The notes under the pieces were generated by a model. The model did not search any database. It was not told the DNA's origin and saw only the letters and a list, made by a program, of their open reading frames with translations. 64,000 bases of DNA, from NCBI RefSeq assembly GCF_009914755.1, contig NC_060926.1. One strand, written 5' to 3'. The translations under genes and the position numbers were made by a program. This DNA is from the human T2T-CHM13v2.0 reference genome, Homo sapiens. Below, one piece after another: positions 38,721-55,497 of the stretch (within the stretch, counting starts at the first letter, position 1; the number at the start of each line of letters is the position of its first letter).

Positions 38721-39538
38721 GCTGCAAAAGTAAAAATATTGAGGTCAGTAGAATAGGAATAAAGACAACCAGAAAAATACATACAGAAAGTAAGAACTGG
38801 ACTCAGAAAAAAAGACCTCACTAGGTTATACTGTTTCTTCTAATTCTCCTTTCATGAAATGCTGACAAGCCCAAGATGGTAGTCAGTGACTGCAAATCTC
38901 CACCTAAACCCATCATCCCCATTAAAAACACAACAGTGCTATGCACATGTTAGCCTGCTTACTTTCTGAAACCAAAGACTATGGGCCAAAACAAAATGTT
39001 TGTGAGCTAAAAACACATACACAGATAAATTGCCAATTTTACACAGCTTTTTCAAAGCCCAAATGAATTCAAAGAAAAATCTTCAACTCTATTGAGTTTT
39101 TGAGCTTAAGTAGATCATTACAAAGAGAAAAATATCCGCCACCTTTTAGCCAAGTCCATAAGTAATTCCTCATGAAGATTTGGATTTTTGATATAATTTC
39201 TCTTAGTTCTCAGTCTGATTGGTCATTTCCTTTGCAGTATTGGATGGAAAATTAGTTGGAGCACTAAGTCCAAAGCCTTTCCCCAAGAGGCGCAAATGGA
39301 AACAAACTGAATTACTTGATCTAAATGCCAATTCTCAGAAGTGATTCTTGCATCAAATATTTAAGGAAAATAACATTCATCTACATAGAAAACAGTATAA
39401 ATTTGGAGCCAAATAATAAAAATAATGTACATTGGTACTGATAGAAAGTAGAGGAGAATGTAAAAAAAATCAAGGACCTCTTATATTTGTAGGTATGTCT
39501 CGTAAGTCCAAAAGTATAAAAAAGCCATAAACTTTGGT

Positions 39539-39540
<2 letters not shown>

Positions 39541-39580
<40 letters not shown>
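39541..39580. repeat. (CA)20 microsatellite
   Basis: Perfect run. Confidence 0.97.
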
Positions 39581-39582
<2 letters not shown>

Positions 39583-40919
39583 GCTTTGCAAGTTATTTAG
39601 TAATGCATTTTTCTTCATAACAGAAAATGAACTCTCAAATTTTTAAGATAGATTGAAAAATTTAAAATAGCAAGATCCAAATAAATCTTTCGCAGCCATG
39701 TATCTCACGGCACCCCTATAGTCACTGGATTTCTGAACTTTGCGTGGGAGAGCAAGCTATAAATACTACCTGACCCTCTGGTCTTGTGTACTTCAGAAAT
39801 CCATTCTCTTTTAAACTAAGAAAGGCAATAGTATCATAATTTTCAAAAACATTAGTTTTAAAAAAATTATTTCTAATAGCTTGTTACTCTTTTAATATCA
39901 AATTAGCTTTAAATAAATGTGCAATACCACAAGATAGGAAAGTAATAACCAGTCGGTCCAGAGCTCTATCGAATCATAATGCCCCCTGAATTTACTGGGC
40001 TCCCCTAACCAGCCATTTAAACCTACGAATTGCTTGAACATGGAGCAATTGTTTTAACATGCTTTGGAAATGTTGACATGCAACGAAAGAGATACTAACA
40101 AACACAAACAGTCCATTCCAAAAACCCAGGGAAAATTCATAAATACATTGTTATGGCTCTTAGTAGGCTTTAGGAAAAGGGCTATTGTCAGTAAATGATC
40201 AGATTTACCTAACTTAATGAGAAATTATGAGCTTTTCTCAACCAGGTACCTTTAGAGCTTTCCATCAAAGTATTGACTAAAAAAGACAATGTCAGACAGA
40301 TGGCCTGTGAGCCTCAACTAATACAGGTTCACTTTTGAAAGAGATATCTTCTAGAATACTAACATATTAAACAACCAGCAACTTTGGGAATCATTATCCT
40401 ATCCCCAACCAAGCCTATCAACTTCTTAAAGTTTGGGGAGAAGAACAAAAGGCCTAGAAGAAGAAAGTCATTTCAGAACCAGTAGAGTCATCTGCTTCCT
40501 TTCACATTCAGCCTTTGATGGTTGTGTTTACTTCATTTAACCATATACTTGATGAATATAAACAAATCATGAAGATCCAAAGGGTTAGGAAAGTTTCCTA
40601 ACATCACACAACTCTGAAGACATAAAAGAAGAGAATGAAATATATTTTTCATTATATCCATCCAGCATCAACTTGCCTCCTGCCATCTCTACAACATACT
40701 TCTCATATTTCGTATTTCAGCCACTCATTATACTTTCCTCAAAACACATGCTTATGATCCAGCTTCCTGTTTCTTCTTATGCTGGAAAACAACTTAAGCA
40801 TTTTTCTGGTCTACTGAAATTTTTCCTCAAATCTCTTCCCTTCACAGATCGATTCCCCCATTTATGAGATCTTCCACAGCCAATTCTTCCACAAAATACT
40901 TGCCTTTAAAGCATTTCCC

Positions 40920-41600
40920 ATGAGTGTATTTTTTTGCTGATTATAAAAGTAAAATATGTTTTTTAAAAAGTGGTATTGCAGAAAACTTGGAAAATTCAAA
41001 AGAGTAAGAAGACAAGAATTAAAATTTGTAGTCTTAGTACTAAAATATGATTGCTGTTAATATTTTGGTGTTTTTCTATCTTTGTAGGCATTTGTTTTAC
41101 ATCTAGAATATGCTATATGTAAACTTTTGCATTCTCTTAGCAGTAACAACATAAGTGTTCCCCACATTACTAAAAACTCCTCAAAACATAATTTATTACA
41201 ATTACAAACTATTGCACCATATAGATGTCCTATGCAGTTCTCATTGTTTCACTCATGTAAATAATGCTGGAATTCTATTAGTCTGCAATTCAGATTATTT
41301 TCTTGGGCTAGATTCCCATATATTCTTGGGTCAAAGTATATGAATGCTTTTAAGCCTCTTGATCACATTGCCAAAGGTTGTACAGAAAAACTCTGCCAAT
41401 TTACATACCTATTAGCTCAATGTGAAGTACCAACTCTCAGCTTTATCACCAACAATACGACAAACAGGGACCTAAGGGTCTAATTTTTTAATCTGTTAAT
41501 TTGATATGCCAATAGTAGAAATCCACCGCTGCCTTAATTTTCTTTTTTTTTTGCCAATGAGCAAGAATGTGAGTATATATAATGCTACATATTTTCATAA
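40920..41600 (-). mobile_element. Highly degenerate L1M fragment
   Basis: AT-rich; ttgggtcaaagtatatgaatgctttt, ctgccaatttacatacctattagc. Confidence 0.45.
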
Positions 41601-42797
41601 GTATACTTAACCTACTGTCTCTGAGTGAGGAATGTCCATCCACATCTAAATAACAGAGACTGTGGTGTTCATGTCTCTAATCTCTTTTTGGAAAGTCTTA
41701 TGACATTGGCACCTAAGGTAATGGCTCTCAACAACGGCAGAAAATCTGAATCATCTCTGGAGCTTTTGAAAAATCCATTTACACTCCAGAAACTCAAGCT
41801 CAGTAAAGGTTCTAGTATCTACATTTTCTAAAAATTCCAAAGTCGTTCTATTAGGCAAATGAATGAGACGACTGAGCTAAGACTACCCTAGTTAGGTATC
41901 ATATCTGGTGGATGAAAAAGCTACTACATGCACTTCCTTAGGCATATGAAGAAGAGCATTATTCCCTAAGCTATCATCTTGTTCTACGGTACTGACCTTA
42001 CATCAAAATAAAGCACTTATTTACCTTGTGTGATCTACTTTCACAAGGTGGCACAATAGTGCCCATTGCTGTTAGTCTCATTTCTAAGAATGCTCTTGTT
42101 TCATATGAAAAAAAAGTAATCTAAACACTGATATGCCTTTTACTTATATACCCAACACCTGGAGGAAATATTTATACAGTAGACAGAATAAGCATCTGGT
42201 TTGAATTTCCAAAATGGCTCCTTCCAACTCAAGAAGAGCCTCTGTCTGTATTTTATGGGTCAGTGATAAGTGTTCATATTATTTACCGATTTATGATGAG
42301 GTTTACCAAGATGTGAAATCTCAGCTAACCCTTCAACCCACTCCCAATCCCACTCCCATCTCTAAGCCACCAATTATTCCACTCCACATTATTAAGCACC
42401 ATACTAGAATCATCTATAGCTATTGATATTGGGGTCACATTTAGCATACTCATCAACCTCATATAACCTGGACTTAGGAAGTACCCTTGATTTACTTTCA
42501 GAGCTAGGTTAGTTAACATTCTAATGAAGAAAAAATATATAGAGAAAAACAAAGGCCTGGTATTAGAGAGAAAAGTTCCCTTCATATCAGACTTTGGTAC
42601 AATGCCATCTGACGGGGATATGCTAGCATAAGAGCAGCCTGGCCCAGTCTGATTCTCCTAGCATTGCTTGGACTGAGTGCCACCTCCAGACTAATCTCTT
42701 ACTGGGGTTGGGGGGAGTCACACATTGAATTGTTACAAATCACCGGTATAAGAAGTTCAGCAGGAGTTGCTTCAGAGATTGTTTTTTTCCCTCTCAG

Positions 42798-43360
42798 GTG
42801 CTCAAAGTGGTCATCTCCTACCACCATACAGAGACCCTTCTGGAAGGAAGAGATGGAGGAACACCAAGTGCTGACAACCAGTGCGCTGTTGGGTCAAATG
42901 CAAAGAGGAAACTGAATTCCTCAACAAATCCATTAGTGGGAAATTCATTCCAATTTTCCAACATGAAAAGTAAGGGATGGATTTTCAAAATTAGGTAAAG
43001 TATGAATCCAAATGAATTATTCTATTTGCTCTGCAGACAACCTCCGCAACATATGAGCACTACTACACCAACCACCTTGAGCTCTTGGTACAAATTAATT
43101 GACAATGATGGATAGGCTACCTGAACTTCAAAAAGTAAGTCTTAATATGGCAATGATATTCTTTACAGTATACTCCCGTAGCTCAGTGGGGGGCAGCACT
43201 ACAATCTCTGGGCTTGGTTGAGTTCAGAGAACACTCTGTTCCATTCTGTTTCTCTCTCTCCATGGGCTATTTTGCCTGCCTTTGGATGGTCTCTACCGCA
43301 GACATCATCCTCAAAAAAGCCTCAGGACAGAAAAGCCTGGACATTCCTGAGCATAATAAA
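42798..43360 (+). ncRNA. Candidate spliced antisense non-coding RNA, 3' exons
   Basis: Acceptors tttttttccctctcag (42797), tttgctctgcag (43036) and ctctaccgcag (43301). Donors gtaagg (42970) and gtaagt (43135). AATAAA at 43355-43360. Confidence 0.3.
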
Positions 43361-44376
43361 TCGGGATGATGGATCCAAAAGAAAGGCACTTTGTTGATGT
43401 TTTGAATTAAGTCAAAGAAAAAAGCATTAACAAGTGTACCAAACTTGGTGACTGGAATTAGCAAAACAGCACATATAGCCAAAAGTGTAATCACAAGGTC
43501 ACACATTCACATCTCAGCATTAGCTGTGTGTCACTGTAAATCGCCATGCCAGCACTTTCCCTCCTCTTCATTTTATTTTATTTTTCTAAATTTGGAGTCA
43601 TTACACATGCTGCTAACTCAGATAACTTAGTACCTAGGCACAGGGAGAATGAATCACAGTTTCGATGCGACCCACCAATTTAAATGTCTTCCCTTTGTAT
43701 ATTTCCATTTCCAATGACAATATCTCCGTCACCATGTATCATTTTCTGGTGTTCATTCTTGAGGATTTATGCATCTGCATGAATTTGCCTGAAAAATCTC
43801 TACATATATTCATTAGAAACTGTAACTTTCCTTTTGAAAATGATTCCATTAAATAATTTTTACACTCCCATTTTCTTACCAAGTAATTTATCGCCAACTG
43901 AAATACTTTTTTTAAGATCTGAAGCTTAAGATGAAAACACATTGTTAAAATGATCTAGAAATCAAAGTAAATTAAAATTCTAATGGGAAGTTGTTACAAG
44001 TGATTAGCTGTAAATTACTGCTACTGTATTTTTTTTTCTAAAGAAAAGTCAAAGTGGACAACGGTTGCGGCAAAGGCTTAGACAAACCAGTCTCCCTACC
44101 CAAGGACGTGACTTCCACTACTAATCCCTCTAAATTTCTCTCTCAGTTGTTCATATTCACTTACATTCTGGACCCACTGAGCTCTCTAGGCCCTAAATGC
44201 CTCCAATTTTACCTCATACATCTGCCTTTCCTGTGCTTACTTCACCCACATCCTGGCGGATTCTAAAAACCTTCCCCACCCTACATGAGAGTGGGTAATC
44301 AAATAATAAATATATATAATAAAATCATGCAGTGCAGCCTCATAACCTTGGGCCTCTACTAGTCTCTCAATACTGC

Positions 44377-44740
44377 TGTTTTAGTTAGCTGGAGCTGCTA
44401 TAAAAAAAATCAAGCACTGAGTGGCTTAAACAACAAAGATTTATTTCTCTGAATTTTGGAGGCTGAGAAGTCCAAGACCAAGGTAGTAGAGTCGGGGTCT
44501 GGGGAGGTCCCAGTTCCTGGTTTGCAGAAGGCCACCTCCCTGCCATATCCTTGAGTGGTAGAGAGAGGAGGCTCTGGTTTCTCCTCTTCTTCTATAAGGA
44601 CACTAATCCCATCATGGGGGCTCCACCCTCCTGGCCCAATCACCTCCCAAAGGCCCCACCTCCCACTACCATCACTTTGGGCATTAAGATTTCAACCTAT
44701 GAACTGGGGAGAGGGAGGCATAAACATGTAGTTGATAGCA
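44377..44740 (-). mobile_element. MaLR solo LTR (MLT1A-like)
   Basis: TG...CA termini; gtggcttaaacaacaaagatttattt, gaagtccaagaccaagg, aatcacctcccaaaggccccacc. Confidence 0.85.
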
Positions 44741-44899
44741 ATTGCCCAGCACCCCTTCCATATCTATTATGAGTTTTTTCCCTCAATCCACAAAAGTCTT
44801 CACCAATCGCCTCAAGACTCTTACCTCATCTCTCTTCTTTTACCATTAGCAGAGGTGAATAGAGCAACTGACAATTCCTCAATATCCTGTTCCACCCCA

Positions 44900-46490
44900 C
44901 AAATACCTCTTTTCATTCCATTTCAGTGGAAGAAAGTATCCCTTCTTCTTCTAAGATTGATCTTCTCACCTGTGTTTGGAATCCCAATTTCTCTGGCCTC
45001 AGTACGAATCTGGTTCCATATGCTCTCTTGACTATAACTTCAACCCACACCTCTCTTTGAGCTGTTAGCCTTAACACACAAACACTTCAAAGAATAACAA
45101 CACTTCCCTGGCCTTGCCTCTTCCAGCTATCAACTTACTTCTATCTGTCCTTCATAGCCAACATCCAAAGAGTGCTTCTACACTCTGTCTTCATTTCTTC
45201 TCCATTATTCATGTTTCAATAATCTGGCCTTTATCTCTATCTCTGACTCAAACTGTATTTGCCAAGGTTGCCAGTGACCTCTTTGTTGCAATTTCTAATA
45301 GAACCTCGTCTTATGTGACCTCTGACACTATTGACCTTTCTCCCGTTGGAAACTCTCCTGCTCCTTGGTTTCTATGGTATGGCTCTCCATGGTTTCTCTT
45401 CTACTTCTCTGGCCATTCTTTCTTGATTTCCTTCATGGGTTCTTCACCCTCTGGCCACCTCTCAAATTTCACAGTTTCACCTCCTCTCCCTTAGCTTCAA
45501 CTACGTTCCATCTTCTGATGATTCATAAATAAACACATCCAGTTCAAATACAGGTCTGAAGTTCAACAACCACATATTCAACTGCCTACCAGATACCTCT
45601 CCTCAGATGTCCCATGGTCCACATATATTAGACTCAACATGTGCAATAGTGAACTCACCTCCATCTCCTTCGAAAATCAAGTCCTTATATTCTAAAACAG
45701 AGTGACTACCCACCCAGTTGTCCAATTTGGAAATCTAGGAATCATCCTTGATGCTTCCCTTCCCCCTCTCCACTGACTTTATGTTCTGTTGGTATTCCCC
45801 CTAACAACTTTTGAACCTCTCCTCTTTTTTCAGTCTCTACAGTTGAGGCTCTCCCAATTTGTTCCCTGTGACAGCCTCCTTACCAGTCTTCTGCATCCAA
45901 CTGTGCCCACCCCTCAAGTCCCATATATCTTTCCATTTGAATACCAAAATATTCTACAAGTCCAATCAGATGACTCTGTTGACACAACATCCATGACACC
46001 TCCCTTTCTTTAAGATAAAATTTGAATTCTTTCAGGAAAAAATTACAAGCCACTTCTGGTGTGCCCAGCCTCATCTCTTGCCATAATTTCCTCACACATG
46101 CTCCAGCCATATCTCATTGTATCAAATTCTTGCACTTCTTGTCCTAGGCTTCTGAGCACATTGAACCTTGCTCCTCAAAAACTATCTCACCACCTAATTC
46201 CCTGTGCATAACTTCCTCCTACTGGTTATTCAAAAGTCAGCCCAGACATCTCCTCACTTCCCTACCAAAAGCACAACCCTCTCCAGTTAGAGATTACACA
46301 TCCCTGCTGTGGGGTCTCTCAGGTGCCACCACATCACAGCATTTCCCACGGTTCGCCCTCCTCACTCAGGCAACAATGTGAGCTCCAGGAGGAACAGGGA
46401 CCGGGTCTTGTGCACTGTTGCTTCCTTAACAATTACCATAGTGCCTGTGACATAGAAAGTGCCCCCCAATCTTTTAACAAAGAGTTCTGC
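44900..46490 (+). mobile_element. L2 (long degenerate fragment)
   Basis: gccaaggttgccagtgacctc, cacatattcaactgccta, ctaggaatcatccttga, gtgagctccaggagg, agtgcctgtgacatag. Confidence 0.75.
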
Positions 46491-47669
46491 AAATTCTGGG
46501 ATTAATCTCATGATCAGTGAACACATTCTGATCCCTTTTACCTTCTGATTCTATCTAATACACCATGGGCACAACTCTGACCAGAAGTCACAATTTCAAC
46601 TGAGTGAGCAAACAGGACAAGGAAGCAGTCAGTTGATTACCTTAGAAAGAAAGAGATGTCTGTAGGCAGAGACTCTCCCAAGGAATGAGAGAATATTCAA
46701 AAATTAGTTTAATAAGATGACAGATAAGCCCATTCAAAACCTTGCTAATATCTGTTTGAAAGGTCATTTTAAAATGTTGTCTTCTGATTGGGAGATGGTG
46801 AATTGTGTGGCTATATAAAATGGCATTATCCAGCAGGAACAAATTTGCAGTGTGTTACATATGGAATACAAATTATACTAAATTTCTTTCAACAAAAATT
46901 GCATGTCTAAGTCCTATTTATCTTAGACCTTTGGTTACATTTGAAAATATCTCAGAGGAGCCTGCTCCTGATGAAGCTCAGATTCTCTCTAGCATGCTCC
47001 CATCAAGCTAGCAGTGATGAACTCTCTTTAGAGAGAAGGCTTGGACTCTGAACACTGGAGGTGAGCAGCTCATCACCTTCTAACTCAGAGTTCGGCTCCA
47101 GACTAGTCTTAGGACTCTGAGTACAGTAGTTCCATTTTGGAGATCCAATTTAGTTCTTATTAATCAATAACATTTAATCCAAAATCCAAATTCTGGAACC
47201 CATCCTGAAGAACCAGTTTTCCCAGAAGCTGGTCTGCACAGTTCTGCTAAGCTCACTGTGAAATCTCTTTACATGTTTTTCTCTAACCTGAGTCCTCCTC
47301 TCACCTGAAGATGGAGCACTGAGCCAGATGACTTTTCATTGTCTCTTGTTATAATTTTCCACATGTGGTTTTGAACTGGGAGTAGCCATTAGGTGACGAA
47401 TTCTGAAAATGGGCTAAATGACATGCCAAAAACTGAAAAATGGGGTGTGAAGAATGTGCTTCTTGCTTTCTAAAGCATAACCATAGGAATGCAGGGCTTC
47501 TGAATGTCTTCTTTTTCTTAACATGACAATAAGAAACAAACAATCTTTTTCTTCATCTGTCTATTTTTCTGGCTTCCATTTTTTAAAAAAATCGTGAAAA
47601 ACTATCTTTCTCTATAGGGAGTCAAAAGGAGATGCTAAAAGAGATGCTTCTAGTGATTTGTTTATCATT

Positions 47670-48130
47670 CTGTAATGGCGATTGTCTTAATTTGGCCTCC
47701 CTCAAAGCAGAACCTAAGATAACGACTTTCGGAGGGGATCTTAGGAAGCAGGAATGAGGGAAACAAAAGAGCGAATCCAGGAAGGAGGAAAAGTCAATGA
47801 AGAATACATAACTGATTTCCGATTGCAGAGAGGTAACTGGGACTCAGTCCCACTGAGAACTTCTAAGCGAGAGTAAAATGCTCTCCAGAATGGCCCCCCT
47901 GAAGGACAATGAGCTAGAGTACTTAATCCTCGACCCCCCTTCACCATTGGTGGAGAGGGCATTAAGTTTCCTCTATTTGGAGACAGGCCTGGATGGAGTA
48001 AACTCCTTCAAGGGAGAACCGTGAGGCAGAAGAGAGAAGGCAAACAGGCTGGATGCATAAGCACTGTCCACCACAGCTGCAGCTGAAGTCTACAGTGGGT
48101 CAGGGAGATGCATGCAGCCTGGCACCCAAA
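47670..48130. mobile_element. Old ERVL-class LTR remnant
   Basis: aagcagaacctaagataacgac...ggaggggatcttaggaagca, aactgggactcagtcccactg. Confidence 0.45.
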
Positions 48131-49240
48131 AAGTGCCAGCCAGAGTTATGTGTGGGTATAAGACAATGCAGCATGGCAAGCTACACCTACTTTTCAAAAA
48201 GCACGATTTCCTTCAGTTTATCCCGTGTCCCGGGGATTTTAATTAATAAACAGTGCACATTTACTCCCTGTATTATTAGTTTATCTTACAAGAATTAAGA
48301 ACAAAATGCAAGAGCAACTATAGCTTTGGGACGTTGTTAGCATGTAACTATGGCAAGAAAAGAAGTATGATAACCACTGGAAGGAACAACTAAGTGTATA
48401 CCTATGCTGGAGGGCTTTTACTTACCAACACAGAGTTCTAGCTTTTTCTGTAAATGGCGTGGCTGTTGCATGTCATTATGACAGTTGCTGAGATATGTGA
48501 ATGCAAACCAGCACCCGGGGGAGCAGAGCAAATTTAAGTTTCTGGGAAAGCTACAAGCTAGCCACCATTGCAATCAGGAAGCAATCCTTAGTCCCATTTC
48601 TCACCTCATTCCAACTGGGACCCATTCAGTCACCCCTAGAGAAACTTGATGCTATGAGCACTTAGCCAATGTAAGCTGAGTATTTCACATCCTTTGACTG
48701 ACTCTTACTCCTCCAAAGTCAAGGTTAAGCCATGTCACTAAAGATGCTTTGGAAATATTCCTCTTCCTAAATTGCAAATAGTTCTGCAAGCAATGCAAAC
48801 AGAACATTTAAGTTCTCAGGACTGTCAAAATGACACCTTCATCAGCTTCCAAATCTGGTAATTATTGTCTTCCTCACACCCACGAAAAGGACTGAAATTG
48901 AGTGGATCTCACAAGGTTCTTAGCTCTGGTGTCTTTTTTGGTAGGTGTGGGAAGAAGGGACAAGAAAACATCTGGAATAAGGTCAGAGTCAGAGACGGTA
49001 AGCCACGTTTTTTGTTTTTTTTTTTTAAACATCTTTTTTACTATCAAGGCTTTTACCCACAAGCTTTCCTCCTTGTTTGGAAGCACATTTTTGATCACTA
49101 ACTATATCTAGAAACACTCCTTGAGACAAAGTAATTTGTAGATACCATTTTTGTTTGACCCAAGAAGCCCAGACCTACTTTCAGGGACAGGAAATAGGAG
49201 CCTGGGGCCCAGGAGAAATGATATTCATGGTAGCCAATGA

Positions 49241-50043
<803 letters not shown>

Positions 50044-50094
50044 CACCACCGAGGATTAAATTTTCCTGTCTGGAATCCAGAAAAAAAGGGTCCC

Positions 50095-50520
<426 letters not shown>

Positions 50521-50655
50521 TGTCCCTTTTCTACAGGCTGCCTCATAGGCTCCTTAAGCAAATATGACTGCCTGCCCCACCTACATCTAGGAGATACATC
50601 ATTTAGGCCAGGTTTTCCTTTTAGCCTCCTGATTTCTATTAGCCTTGCAAATGCA

Positions 50656-50793
50656 TTTTTCTTTTCTTTCTTTCTTTTTTTCTTTAGAGACAGAGTCTTG
50701 CCCATGCTGGTCTTGAACTCCTGGCCTCAAGTGATCCTTCTGCCTCAGCCTCCCAAAGTACTGAGATCACAAGTGTGAGCCACCATATCTAGC
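50656..50793 (-). mobile_element. Alu left monomer (FLAM-like)
   Basis: ggtcttgaactcctggcctcaagtgatcc...gtgagccacca. Confidence 0.85.
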
Positions 50794-51325
50794 TGCCTTG
50801 TCAATTCTTGCAATAATTTTTGTTCCCAAGTGAAAATAGAAATTAAATTTAAACTTGAGGTCCAGTTTGATGCTGATCAAACAAGGAATTAAATAAATTT
50901 GCAGAAACTTTGGTTTTTACATCTCTCAGAAGTATATGTTCAACAAGACATATTCCAAATTATTACTGGCCTACTCAGTTGGCAAATATAAGTGCCAAAA
51001 AGGTTGCAAGCATAAATGCCAAAGTAACTGCCCCCTCCCCCCGCCCAAGGCTATCCCTTAGACACACACCAGGAGTGTTTTGGGTACTTTATATGACAAA
51101 AATAAAAATGTACCTCAAAAACACTCCCAGGCCATAACAATAAACCACAAGGCCAAAGTCATTACAAGGTAAAATGAGAAAACATCATGTGAATTTTTTG
51201 AGTGTAAGATTTATGGCTCACAGCCTTTCAGTCATGTGCTTAGCACAAAAAGAAGCAGAATACATTAGATTTAATAGGCATTAGCCAAAAAAATAAGGAA
51301 GTAAGTTCATACACAAAATGATTCA

Positions 51326-51602
<277 letters not shown>

Positions 51603-52272
51603 TTAGAAGTCTGCAGAGCCTACCAACATTGCCTGGCAGTTGGGCCCTATGTTGGGAAACTACCTACCAGTACCTGGTAAAGCTATCAACTTCTCCTGAG
51701 ACAAGGCAAACTGCTCTTTGGGCTGGTTTACTTCAATATTTACTCCAGCTCTCCAAATAGCTTTCATTCTCCTGAACTAGTGGAGGGCTGACCTTGCAAA
51801 CAAGTTCAAAGCAGTTCAAAGTCTGCAAAGAGAAAATCTACTTTTAGATGAATGGTCGGAGCAAGTCCTTATGAAGAAGAAAGGCTGGCTTCTGTTTGTT
51901 GTTATTTTTCCTATATAAGTCTACAAACACCAGCACCAGACATGGTAATCCTTCAGACAATTCACTTGGATTCAAGAACGGTATTGCCCGTAATAGATAC
52001 TAGTATGAAATTTTAAAAATCCATTTGCTTACAGGCTTCTCACTACTGGCTAGCTTGGAAACAAGTTGAATACAACCACAGCATTCATTTCTTTTACTCA
52101 TTTATTGAATGAAGATCAAACACAGCAAAGTCAAGGCTTAACCTCTCCTGTGTGCTCATTTGGCTGTGAGTGTCAAGACCCTCATATACTGCTTAGACAA
52201 CCAAAGATTAATAGAGTGAGACCCCCTCAAGAGTCACTGTGATTCAGAAGCTCAGAACAGAGAACTCATCGG

Positions 52273-52357
52273 GGCTGCAGTGAGCTGTGATCACGCTGCT
52301 GCACTCCAGCCTGGGCAACAGAGCAAGACCCTGTCTCTTAAAAAAAAAAAAAAAAAA
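52273..52357 (+). mobile_element. 5'-truncated old Alu (3' ~65 bp plus poly(A))
   Basis: TSD agaa(c/t)agagaactca (52254-52268, 52357-52371). Confidence 0.88.
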
Positions 52358-52922
52358 GAATAGAGAACTCAGAAGCTCTTAGTCTTAATGCTATGTCAGC
52401 CCACAACTTGCCAAGTGACCTTACATAATCCTTCTGGCTTTCAGTTTTTTCCATTTTCAAACTGAAGAATGTGAGTGACTCAAAAATAAATAGCCCAATA
52501 TCCCCTCCTGTCCCAAGGTTTTTACCTTTCTTTCCAATCTGGGCTGAGTAAACCTGCCATTCCTTTCCATGATTAAAGAAGGCAGAAACCTCAGAATATT
52601 TTTCTTATTTTCTGTCACTTGATTTCCTCCCTTTTGAATACCAGTTTCTAAAATCCTAGTGTCTTGCCCAGGAAACTAAAGAAAAGGAGGCAGAGATGGA
52701 GTCACAGAAATGTCATCACAGACAGACACAGGAAAGGCTCAAGAGAAGCTCCTGCTTTCAAACTGGCAGCTGTTACCTGTTGGTGTTTAAGAAAAAAAAT
52801 AACACAAACCTAGTCCCTAGGGATGAGGTGTTCCAATGGTTGTATAAATATACATCACAGGGTATAAGGGCCAAGGGGTTTTTTCATTTCACTATGAAAA
52901 AGTTAAGTAAATAAATACACCC

Positions 52923-53693
<771 letters not shown>

Positions 53694-53888
53694 GTCCTAA
53701 ACCCAACCACAGTCAAATTCCTAAATTAATCCCTTTTTAATACATGATACTATCTTTTTCACTTTCGTGGGAGCCATCATTTCAGAATATTTCTCAATGT
53801 TTTTCAGCCTCATTACTCTATTACACTGGCACAAATTTATCTACAGATCCCGAAGTCTACTCTACCTTCCAGAAATGAATGTTTATCA

Positions 53889-54212
<324 letters not shown>

Positions 54213-54259
54213 TTAAGTAAATTATGTAAACTGGAAAATATGTGATAAGTAGAAAGAGA

Positions 54260-54480
54260 ATATCATCTGAGGTAGCAAAACCCAGTTTTGGTTCCTTACT
54301 CTGCTACATGTTACCTGAATGAACTTGATCAAGTCCCTGAACTTCCTTAACTTCTCAGAACCTCAGCTGTCTTATTGGTAAAATGAAACCATAAGTGCCA
54401 TTTGCCTCACAAGATTGTTATGAGGCTCAGATGAAAGATGTGGAAATGATAAGGCCTGTACAGAAATCCACGGTGCTTAT
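54260..54480 (+). mobile_element. MIR
   Basis: cctcagctgtcttattggtaaaatg...cctcacaagattgttatgagg. Confidence 0.65.
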
Positions 54481-55033
54481 TATCCTTCCTCTCAGTATTC
54501 TGTCTCCCCTCCACGGGGGCACTAAGTCCATCTAGCAGGACCAGCAATGCATACAGCCAATAATAGGCTGGTCATCCCACATCTGCATCATTGGAATGCT
54601 GTATTCAGCACACCCCCCAGAAAATCTATTTTCACAGTGAGCCTCTCCCCTGCGTTCGAGGGCTGTCTACCCTAGTCTATGAGAATAGGGACATCGGTGG
54701 GCAGCCAGGTCTCCCAATGGATGTCTGAGCAGTGAGCAAGAGGGTGACCCACCTCTCCACCAAAGTGTGAAAAGCTTTCCCCTGGAGCTTGGTGAGCTTC
54801 ACCCTCACGAAGATGCAAAAGTACCTTCTGCTTCTCTGTCACCTTGGTGCCAATGTAGGGACTCACACCCCGGGGCTGAGCCTGAATTTTATTTGGAGAA
54901 CAGTTCTTGCAGCTTTAGCCTGAGAACAAATGCGGCTGTCAGCTGCTTGGCATAAGGAATCAGTAGGAACAGGGTGTCTTTTAATTAATTATCCAGACAA
55001 TCAATCACTCACTCCATGGCCTACTCATGACCT

Positions 55034-55047
55034 CCACTAGATGGCGC
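55034..55047 (+). promoter_or_regulatory. CTCF core motif CCACTAGATGGCGC
   Basis: Near-consensus match to CCASYAGRKGGCRS, in unique sequence with the CpG retained. Confidence 0.65.
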
Positions 55048-55334
55048 AGGTGGTGCTTCTTCCCAGCTCCAGCCCAGAACGGTGCTCCCCTTGGACAGTT
55101 CATGTCCGCCCCCTCTGGGTTTTTTGCTCTATCTTTTAAAGTCCAGTCCCCAGTCCCATCTGCTGGTACCTTCGGGACAATCCTCAGAATTTCTTTCCAG
55201 TTGATGGTACCTTATTCTGTCTGCCCGCCCTGTTATGGTTTTTTTTTTTCTTCTTATACCCTTTGGGGGAATCATTTCAGTGAGATTCTGGGATGAAAAG
55301 GAAATAAATACTTATGTCATTCCAGCATCTTGAC

Positions 55335-55497
55335 AAAGGAGCACCTATTTTTAAAATGCACAACAACAGCCCCAGTCCACTCCTTTACCTCTAACCCAAT
55401 TTACCCAACGGAAATTTGCAGAGGTGGGGCCTAAGAATGCAGTTTCTTAAAGCCCCTTGGGTGATTCTGACGCACAGCCAGAGCCGAGAGCCAATGT
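55335..55497. mobile_element. MER5A-like DNA transposon
   Basis: ggtggggcctaagaatgcagtttcttaaagcccc..ggtgattctgacgcacagcca. Confidence 0.65.
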
